DNA of 64,000 nucleotides from an uncultured Candidatus Saccharibacteria bacterium (GTDB lineage Bacteria; Patescibacteriota; Minisyncoccia; UBA6257; 2-01-FULL-56-20): NCBI GenBank assembly GCA_964365185.1, contig CAYIOP010000002.1, positions 66,684 to 130,683 of the forward strand, read 5' to 3'. Shown piece by piece: positions 57,856 to 64,000 of this stretch (position 1 is its first letter; each line of letters starts with the position of its first letter). The notes under the pieces were generated by a model. It saw only the letters and a program-made list of their open reading frames with translations, ran no database searches and was not told where the DNA came from. The position numbers and the translations under genes were made by a program.

Positions 57856-58095
57856 ATGAATACAACGGAAATATCAGTAGGATCAATTTGCTCAATTCAG
57901 AAATGCCATCACAAAGATTGTTTTGGTTGTATCGAGACAGTTCAAATACAGTCAAAAGACGATAAGAAATATCGTATCAGAGGACGATGCGATACTTGTC
58001 GTCGTATCTGTGAGCGCAAAGATTCCTGGGGGATAATTATTAATCAACCTCAAAAAACAGAATTCCTTGGGATACCGCTGGTCACCACAACCTAA
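57856..58095 (+). CDS. small Cys-rich (zinc-ribbon-like) hypothetical protein
   Basis: 79 aa with Cys at 12, 17, 22, 25, 45, 48 and 52 (CxxC pairs). Strong promoter, and a candidate terminator at 58128-58187. Confidence 0.4.
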   Translation: MNTTEISVGSICSIQKCHHKDCFGCIETVQIQSKDDKKYRIRGRCDTCRRICERKDSWGIIINQPQKTEFLGIPLVTTT

Positions 58096-58226
58096 AAAAT
58101 TTCCCACCCGGGCGTTCCTGCCCACAAAGACCACCGATCAAAAGCAGTTTCCTTCATACAGTAATTGCTCTTAGGTGGTCTTTTTTATTTCCACAAATTA
58201 TAATTATTTATACAGAGATAATAGAA

Positions 58227-58526
58227 ATGAAAACCTATCATTTTAAACCTGCACGCTTAGGCATCTTTGCCATCTATTACCCCACCACTCCTTTAGGTTG
58301 GCTTATTACTCTTATTCTCGCTACCGCTTTTGTTTTATTATTTTTAAAAACCGATCAAAATTCTCATTCCATAAGCGACACGCTTATTAATTTTGCTCCG
58401 TGGGCCATTGCCATCCTTTTGATTTTCGATTTGCTCTGTTTTCGCCTCGGCGAATATCCCAGTTGGTGGAGAAAAAGCCCTCCTAGCGCCTCTACCTCTA
58501 ACGGGGTTGACAACCCTAAGATTTAG
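58227..58526 (+). CDS. small hypothetical membrane protein
   Basis: 99 aa with 2-3 TM helices. Its 3' end overlaps direct-repeat copy 1. Confidence 0.3.
   Translation: MKTYHFKPARLGIFAIYYPTTPLGWLITLILATAFVLLFLKTDQNSHSISDTLINFAPWAIAILLIFDLLCFRLGEYPSWWRKSPPSASTSNGVDNPKI
58488..58512 (+). repeat. 25-nt direct repeat copy 1 (gcctctacctctaacggggttgaca) ending in a -35-like TTGACA
   Basis: Identical 25-mer at 58894-58918. TTGACA is followed 17 nt later by TAAAAA, upstream of the peptide gene at 58590. Confidence 0.6.
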
Positions 58527-58589
58527 GAATAAAAATAAGATATAGTTAGAAAAGGTCGATTTTATAAGCTTTATCTATTAATTTAATAA

Positions 58590-58787
58590 ATGACTAAAAA
58601 AATCGTTCTTTTTGTATTACTAGCCGTAGTTATTGGCGCAGGCGTTAACTTACTTATTGGTGCTAACAGCGCCGAGGCCATTGGAAATAACGCCCCAAAC
58701 CCGAAAATTTGCCAATGGATTCCGGGTGATCCGTCCTTTTGGAGCTGCCCCGGAACAAATCCAGGAACTTACAATTTCGGTAATTAA
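58590..58787 (+). CDS. small secreted Cys-containing peptide precursor
   Basis: Signal peptide MTKKIVLFVLLAVVIGAGVNLLIGANSAEA followed by a 35-aa mature region with two Cys (ICQW...SCPG). A perfect terminator lies downstream. Confidence 0.45.
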   Translation: MTKKIVLFVLLAVVIGAGVNLLIGANSAEAIGNNAPNPKICQWIPGDPSFWSCPGTNPGTYNFGN

Positions 58788-58817
58788 AAATAAGTATTTG
58801 ATTAGTCGATTTAAACT

Positions 58818-58842
58818 AAAAATGCCCCTGAGGGGCATTTTT
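58818..58842 (+). terminator. intrinsic terminator
   Basis: aaaaatgcccc-tga-ggggcattttt, a perfect palindromic hairpin with flanking A and T runs. Confidence 0.75.
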
Positions 58843-58893
58843 AGTTCCAAGTTTGCATTTGACCCCGTTAGAGGTCGCGAGGGCTCACAGCAT

Positions 58894-58918
58894 GCCTCTA
58901 CCTCTAACGGGGTTGACA
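58894..58918 (+). repeat. 25-nt direct repeat copy 2, with an inverted partial copy at 58863-58875
   Basis: gcctctacctctaacggggttgaca. TTGACA-17-TAAATT forms a promoter for the 59003 gene. The upstream ccccgttagaggt is the reverse complement of acctctaacgggg. Confidence 0.6.
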
Positions 58919-59002
58919 TTTTCGCCAAAAAAGAGTAAATTGTAAGCTGAAATTTCGTACCTTAACAAAAGAATACAAGATTTATCGAAAGGATAGATAG
59001 CA

Positions 59003-60706
59003 ATGAAAAAACTGATTCTATTAACGGTCATCTCGACTTGTTTGATGGCTCTTATTGTTTCCTGCTCTTATGTGAGCGTCGGAAATATCGATAACGCTGT
59101 AGATAAAAAAAAGAATCATACTTTTATCGACAGCGTTCACGCGAACTTTACAGGGAGCGACCAAATGGTTCTTCGCGAAATAGAATACTTGATGTGGGTA
59201 TTCGAAGGGGAAAAGGATTCGATTTATTACCAAAAATTGAGTCGACTCGATCCCCAATTGGAACTCATCGAGGTCTATTTCCTCTTCAATTCCTGGAGCA
59301 GAAATCTTGACATTATCTCGGGACCGCACACTCCGGAGAATGAAAAATGGAATGAAATCCAAAAACGAATGGTTTTTTGCCGGGAAAGATTTAAACCCGG
59401 AATGGATTACTACCATTACTACGAAGATATTCGAGCCCACGACTTTATGCTGAAAGGCATAAATCCCAGTCACATTTTCAAAGAAGGTACTTGTTGGACT
59501 AGTACGGGACAGGAACCTGGAAATTGCGAACTCCATTATTACGAATGGGAAACAGTCGAGGGGAAAGCGCGTCGCGGCTATATGGCTCGCAACGACGGAA
59601 TTGCTTATCAAATAATTCCTCACGAGGATTATATTCCATCGGGTTCAGCTCTAACCCCTGCGGATAAGCGAGAGAAAATCGCTCAAACCGAAAAGAGGGG
59701 TCGCGACGAGAAACGCGATCGCTTCAGTTCTCTAAAACCGACTATGAATTTGTTTCCCGGGGTTGAGCGCAACCTTCGCATTCTAGCAGAATCAGCAATC
59801 TTCCCTAAAAAATTTGGTGGCTACTCCCTGCTTTTGTCTAGTGCGATCGAAGCCAAAGACATCCAACTTGATTCGTCTAATCATGCCGCGATTGCTTTTT
59901 CTCGGCGCCTCCTTAGAAATCCCGACTTTCCAGTTGAACTTTATAGGGATTCTTCAAAATTTGAGGTCTCCTATAGGGCAGTTCGGGAAGAAAATGGAAG
60001 TTATCCGCTCTCATTACTCTACAACCTTCCGGATTCAGGTGATTACCTAGTGGTCGCTAGCGTTGAAAACGGTCGAGGGGGTCTTGGGGTAATACGTTTA
60101 CCCATTACTATTCCATCTAAAAATAGATCTTCCGATGGTATCAGCGATATCATGCTTCTCAAAGTTCCTCCCCAAAGAGCTTATGAACCAGATGGCACTG
60201 GCGGATTCTTTTTTCACAACTGGTTATTGAGGGGTATGCCAGAAGCAACCTATGCCCCCGGCGACAGCGTGCACCTTTTCCTCGAAGTTGATCCAAGGTC
60301 CGACAGCGTTAACTTAAAGGTTGATGTCTATCTAAATTCAATTAACCAAAAAACTGAAGTAATCGTTGAGCCAGTTGAATTTATAGAAGCGGAAGGGGAT
60401 AGTATCTTTGAAAACCCAGATTCAACTGGAAGGCGTGCGATTATACCTTGGAGAAAGAGTGTCGTTGATGAAAGGCGACACTACGAAAGAGAGAAAAGAT
60501 GGAGGCAAGAAAACCCTGTTCCTAAAAACAGAGTGGCTTCCCTGCTTTATCGCGTCGCCAATAGCCCATCAACTTTCCGTCAGTCAATTAACGCGAGTTT
60601 CATACTTCCTCCGCGTTTCAAGAAAAACTCTTACGCCAATTTAGTTGCCTACGTGTTAATTAACGGGCGAACAGAGTATACTTCCTGCACCATCAATATC
60701 AAGTGA
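59003..60706 (+). CDS. hypothetical lipoprotein (GC-richer)
   Basis: Signal peptide with lipobox LIVSC. 567 aa with no recognisable family. Confidence 0.45.
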   Translation: MKKLILLTVISTCLMALIVSCSYVSVGNIDNAVDKKKNHTFIDSVHANFTGSDQMVLREIEYLMWVFEGEKDSIYYQKLSRLDPQLELIEVYFLFNSWSRNLDIISGPHTPENEKWNEIQKRMVFCRERFKPGMDYYHYYEDIRAHDFMLKGINPSHIFKEGTCWTSTGQEPGNCELHYYEWETVEGKARRGYMARNDGIAYQIIPHEDYIPSGSALTPADKREKIAQTEKRGRDEKRDRFSSLKPTMNLFPGVERNLRILAESAIFPKKFGGYSLLLSSAIEAKDIQLDSSNHAAIAFSRRLLRNPDFPVELYRDSSKFEVSYRAVREENGSYPLSLLYNLPDSGDYLVVASVENGRGGLGVIRLPITIPSKNRSSDGISDIMLLKVPPQRAYEPDGTGGFFFHNWLLRGMPEATYAPGDSVHLFLEVDPRSDSVNLKVDVYLNSINQKTEVIVEPVEFIEAEGDSIFENPDSTGRRAIIPWRKSVVDERRHYEREKRWRQENPVPKNRVASLLYRVANSPSTFRQSINASFILPPRFKKNSYANLVAYVLINGRTEYTSCTINIK

Positions 60707-60772
60707 TTTGCCTTTTAATTTCAAAAACTCCTAACCTATCAAGAAAAGAGTTTTTGAAACAGCGCCAACCAA

Positions 60773-60802
60773 GCCCGAGATTAAAAACCTCGGGCCTTTT
60801 TT
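60773..60802 (+). terminator. intrinsic terminator
   Basis: gcccgag-attaaaaac-ctcgggc followed by CTTTTTT. Confidence 0.65.
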
Positions 60803-60856
60803 ACCCCCACATCATAATTAGCAAAAATTTTAATAATTCTTTACACTAGTTTTAAT

Positions 60857-61546
60857 ATGGAAGAAAAAGAAAAATTCGACACCAAGCTCATCATCGCCCT
60901 CACCCTCTATCTGGCCGCGCTTTTCGCCTCTAATACTCTGGGCCTCAAACTCATGCCTTTTCTTTTCGGCACCCAGCTTTCCGTGGCGGTTTTCTTTTTC
61001 CCGTTTGTTTTTTTAATGACGGATGTGATTGGCGAGGTTTATGGCAAAAAAATGGCCCGCCGTTTTGTTTTGGCTGGTTTTTTGAGTATTCTCCTTTTCC
61101 TGCTTTTTTCTTTAATTTCAACCATCATGCCCTGGGGTGAGCGCGCCCTCTGGGCTAAAGAAAGCTACAATCAAATTTTTGGTGTCTCGGCCCGCATCTC
61201 TATTGCCTCGCTCGTGGCCTTCGCCATTGCCGAATATCAAGATGTCGTCGCCTTCTTTTTCTTCCGCCGGAAAATTGGAACTAAACTTTTTGGCCTGCGC
61301 TCCATTCTCTCCAATCTTTGGTCCCAACTTCTAGATACCACGATTTTTATGTCCGTCGCTTTCCTCGGCATAAAAATTGGCGGGCTCAACATTCCCGGCA
61401 TTTATTCTCTTGAAACACTACCCCTACTAATTATTCCTTGGTGGCTCTACAAAGTGACGATGGGCGCCTTTTATCTGCCGCTAAGTTACTTAGGTCTTCG
61501 TCTTTTGCGTGGTAAAAAAAATGATAGTCCAACCCATCAAAACTAG
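60857..61546 (+). CDS. YhhQ/DUF165-family (queuosine-precursor transporter-like) membrane protein
   Basis: FFPFVFLMTDVIGEVYGKKMARRFV matches the YhhQ family signature. 229 aa, polytopic. Confidence 0.55.
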   Translation: MEEKEKFDTKLIIALTLYLAALFASNTLGLKLMPFLFGTQLSVAVFFFPFVFLMTDVIGEVYGKKMARRFVLAGFLSILLFLLFSLISTIMPWGERALWAKESYNQIFGVSARISIASLVAFAIAEYQDVVAFFFFRRKIGTKLFGLRSILSNLWSQLLDTTIFMSVAFLGIKIGGLNIPGIYSLETLPLLIIPWWLYKVTMGAFYLPLSYLGLRLLRGKKNDSPTHQN

Positions 61547-62243
61547 AATTTTCAAACAAGGCGAAAATCTTTTTGATTTTATCCGTGCTCACGTCAAACG
61601 CCTGCCGGAAAAATCGGTTTTAGTGATTACTTCAAAAATCGTGGCTTTATCCGAAGGCCGGGTGCGGGTTATAAAAAGCCGCCGCGACAAAGACAGAATT
61701 ATCAAAAGCGAAAGCGACTGGGCGCTAAAAACCAAATACACCTGGCTCACGATTAAAGACGGCGCGGTGATGTCTTCGGCTGGAGTGGATGAATCAAATG
61801 CTCAAGGTAAACTTATTCTTCTGCCCAAAAACAGCTACGCCGCCGCCGCCAAAATCCGCGGCCAAATCAAAAAATTTTACCACCTTAAAAACTTCGGCGT
61901 GCTTATCACCGATAGCCGGCTTTTCCCGCTCCGCGCCGGCATCATTGGTTTGGCCGTAGGCTACGCCGGTTTCAAAGGGCTTAAAGATTACCGAGGCCTG
62001 CCCGACATTTTTGGCCGCAAACTCAAGCTTTCCAAGTCCGACGTGGCGGATAGCTTAGCCACTACCGCCGTGCTTTTAATGGGGGAGTCCAACGAACGCC
62101 GGCCGCTCGCGATTATAAAGAACGCTCCAGTAGAATTTACCAATCAAAAAACTTCTACCCGTGAATTAATCATCAACCCCAAAGACGACCTCTATCAGCC
62201 GCTTTTTGAAAAAATCAGGAAAGTTAGGATTAGAAAAAATTGA
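61509..62243 (+). CDS. CofE-like protein (F420-0:gamma-glutamyl ligase family)
   Basis: ITDSRLFPLRAGIIGLAVGYAGFKGLKDYRGLPDIFGRKLKLSKSDVADSLATTAVLLMGESNERRPLAII follows the CofE consensus. Confidence 0.55.
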   Translation: MVKKMIVQPIKTRIFKQGENLFDFIRAHVKRLPEKSVLVITSKIVALSEGRVRVIKSRRDKDRIIKSESDWALKTKYTWLTIKDGAVMSSAGVDESNAQGKLILLPKNSYAAAAKIRGQIKKFYHLKNFGVLITDSRLFPLRAGIIGLAVGYAGFKGLKDYRGLPDIFGRKLKLSKSDVADSLATTAVLLMGESNERRPLAIIKNAPVEFTNQKTSTRELIINPKDDLYQPLFEKIRKVRIRKN

Positions 62244-62339
62244 AAAAAAAGATTTTACGTGTTAACCTACCCACTGGAATTTTTATCCTTAGCAAATTGA
62301 CATTAACTAAATAACTCAAGTAATAGAAGGAGAAATGAA

Positions 62340-63521
62340 ATGTCTAATTCAACCATTTATGAAAAGCGCGGGGTTACTACTGAGAAAACTGCGGTCTCAA
62401 AAGCCATTGCTAAACATAACCCCGGCTTATTCCCCGGAGCGTTCTGCAAAATCCTTCCGGATTATCTTGCGGGAGATCCAGAATGCTGCGTGATTCTCCA
62501 TGCGGACGGAGTTGGCACCAAAATTATCATTGCCTACCTGTTCTACAAACGCAAATTGGCTAACGCGAGCGTTTTCAGAAAACCTATTCGCGACAGCTTA
62601 GTTATGAACTTTGATGACATGGCTTGTGTTGGAGCAACCGGTCCTTTCCTTGTTTCAACTACTATCGGCCGTAACAAGTTTTTTGTCCCCGACGAAGTGA
62701 TTGCCGCTATCATCGGTGGCTGTGAAGAATACTGCGACTTTCTCACTAAGCTGGGCCTGCCGTGTTATGTCGGAGGAGGAGAAACTGCCGATCTCCCTGA
62801 TCTGGAAAAAACTATTACCGTCGATAACACCATTATCTGCCGGATGAAAAGATCTGAAGTCATTGATGCCAGTCGAATTGTTCCCGGCGACGTAATCGTC
62901 GGTTTTAGCTCAACTGGCCAGACCTCTTATGAAGACGAAGAAAACAGCGGCATCGGGTCCAATGGTTTCACCAACGCCAGGCACGATCTCTTGAACAATA
63001 TTCAACTGGAATATCCTGAAGTTTCATGTCCGCAAATGCCAGCTCATTTAACCTATCGAGGTAAATTTGAACTCACCGATGCTCTCCCGGGCGCTCCCAA
63101 TTTTACAATTGGATCAGCTCTACTTTCTCCCACTAGAACCTATCTTCCACTAATTCAATATCTTCTTCCCGGTATTCCTCACGCTGAACTTCACGGATTG
63201 ATTCACTGCTCTGGCGGTGGGCAAACCAAAATTAAAAAATTTGGACCGGAAAGCGTCCGCTACGTTAAGGACGACTTATTTCCTACCGCGCCGATTTTCA
63301 AAACGCTCCAAAGAGCAAGTGGGATGACTTGGAGAGAAATGCACGAGGTCTATAACATGGGCCATCGGCTCGAAGCTGTTTTGCCGGAAAAATACGCAGG
63401 GTTCTGTATCCAAACTGCCAAAGGTTTCGGTATCAAAGCCAAGGTAGTTGGCCATGTTGAGAAAAAGGGAAAATACCCCCGGCTGACCATCCGAAACTCC
63501 AAAGGCGTCTTCAACTACTGA
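62340..63521 (+). CDS. AIR-synthase-related (PurM-like) protein
   Basis: ILHADGVGTKIIIAY carries the PurM-type DGVGTK motif. At 393 aa it is longer than canonical PurM. Confidence 0.45.
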   Translation: MSNSTIYEKRGVTTEKTAVSKAIAKHNPGLFPGAFCKILPDYLAGDPECCVILHADGVGTKIIIAYLFYKRKLANASVFRKPIRDSLVMNFDDMACVGATGPFLVSTTIGRNKFFVPDEVIAAIIGGCEEYCDFLTKLGLPCYVGGGETADLPDLEKTITVDNTIICRMKRSEVIDASRIVPGDVIVGFSSTGQTSYEDEENSGIGSNGFTNARHDLLNNIQLEYPEVSCPQMPAHLTYRGKFELTDALPGAPNFTIGSALLSPTRTYLPLIQYLLPGIPHAELHGLIHCSGGGQTKIKKFGPESVRYVKDDLFPTAPIFKTLQRASGMTWREMHEVYNMGHRLEAVLPEKYAGFCIQTAKGFGIKAKVVGHVEKKGKYPRLTIRNSKGVFNY

Positions 63522-63557
63522 TTCGATTGAACCAAACTTGAGTTGATCTAATCATAG

Positions 63558-63591
63558 CCAGCATTTTGCTAACGCAAGATGCTGGTTTTTT
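63558..63591 (+). terminator. intrinsic terminator
   Basis: ccagcat-tttgctaacgcaag-atgctgg followed by TTTTTT. Confidence 0.6.
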
Positions 63592-63715
63592 GTTGATGTG
63601 GTGTGGGTTGGTCTAGAATTTAGCTTATGCAAGCAGTATAAGGGTTTCATATGATTTGTTCTAGCGATCCGTTTGAGGCGGGGCGGTCTGTTAATTTTGA
63701 CTAAAAATAGTTTGT

Positions 63716-63997
63716 TTATTCCGAATGCCCTAATTCGAGATTATATTTTAGTTTCAATTCATCAAGTTTTTTTTGTATTTCTTCCGTATCATCTGTTTGA
63801 TACCATTCGAAAAATTTAATATCCGGATATAATTGGTCCATATATATTTGCTCGAGGGTGTTTTTTAAATTTTCTGTTTTATTAACGGTTTGGATAAAAC
63901 CGTTGATGGGAGAGGTACGCAATACAAAAATACCCTTTAAAGTCGGGGTTTCTTTAATATTTTCTTTGGTCCAGGTTAGAATACCGGAAGTTTTCAT
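63716..63997 (-). CDS. hypothetical protein (start near window edge)
   Basis: 93-aa ORF ending at 63716. The N-terminal Met codon is at 63997, so the gene may extend beyond the window. Weak GIY-YIG-like pattern only. Confidence 0.3.
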   Translation of the reverse strand: MKTSGILTWTKENIKETPTLKGIFVLRTSPINGFIQTVNKTENLKNTLEQIYMDQLYPDIKFFEWYQTDDTEEIQKKLDELKLKYNLELGHSE

Positions 63998-64000
63998 ATT

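Noticed and set aside
58488-58918. Direct repeats considered as a mini CRISPR array.
   Set aside because: There are only two direct copies about 380 bp apart with a gene between them, no regular spacer size and no cas genes. The repeats are better explained as promoter or operator elements.
58633-58938. Listed 101-aa ORF overlapping the secreted-peptide gene.
   Set aside because: It reads straight through the perfect terminator hairpin at 58818-58842 and the promoter repeat. It is the out-of-frame shadow of 58590-58787 plus intergenic DNA.

Overview
The window is a low-GC, gene-dense bacterial segment using the standard genetic code: TGA acts as a stop, for example in the overlapping ATGA junction at 9695-9698. 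By inference only, its gene content and short genes look Patescibacteria/CPR-like. I found no CRISPR arrays, transposases or rRNA genes.

- **1-35.5 kb: cell-surface glycan biosynthesis island.** It contains a DegT aminotransferase tail, a dTDP-sugar pair (RmlA-like, RmlB), a CDP-glucose pair (RfbF, RfbG) and three methyltransferases including an FkbM-type enzyme. It encodes a complete ADP-L-glycero-D-manno-heptose pathway (GmhA, split HldE kinase and adenylyltransferase, HldD) and a second GDP-D-glycero-alpha-D-manno-heptose pathway (HddA, second GmhA, GmhB, HddC). Transferases are GT8, a GT9 heptosyltransferase fused to a CgeB-like GT domain, and two GT2s. A carbamoylation module is embedded here: an OTC-family protein, a NodU/CmcH-type carbamoyltransferase, an SxtJ-like membrane protein, an SGNH hydrolase and an unlisted 52-aa DUF5989 gene. 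Export and initiation genes are a Wzx flippase, an initiating phosphoglycosyltransferase, a Wzy/ligase-like membrane protein, a DUF218 protein and three epimerases.
- **35.7-39.1 kb: redox genes and an ORF-free stretch.** DsbA-like, glutaredoxin-like and TrxB genes sit here, separated by a 1.26-kb structured region with no ORF of 60 aa or more on either strand.
- **39.1-41.6 kb and 48.3-50.5 kb: two sets of paralogous N-terminally anchored proteins.** Putative toxin-antitoxin modules are interleaved with them (DUF4258/DUF2283, Phd-like/RelE, an orphan DUF2283).
- **Housekeeping and other genes.** These include groES-groEL under a perfect CIRCE operator, a UbiA-family prenyltransferase, a tandem ThyX-like protein, LemA plus HtpX-like, HicB-HicA, a UMP-kinase-like protein and tRNA-Ser(GGA). 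Further on are MltG, a YhhQ-type transporter, CofE-like and PurM-like proteins, two GC-richer lipoproteins and a small secreted Cys-containing peptide.

The most notable sequence-level oddities are listed below.
- A near-identical 30-nt in-frame insertion encodes EGGSASGGEN in two unrelated enzymes.
- A 25-nt direct repeat ending in TTGACA sits in two adjacent promoters, with an inverted partial copy.
- Heptamer-periodic arrays occur at several intergenic junctions.
- A GC-rich segment lies in-frame inside a GT2 gene.
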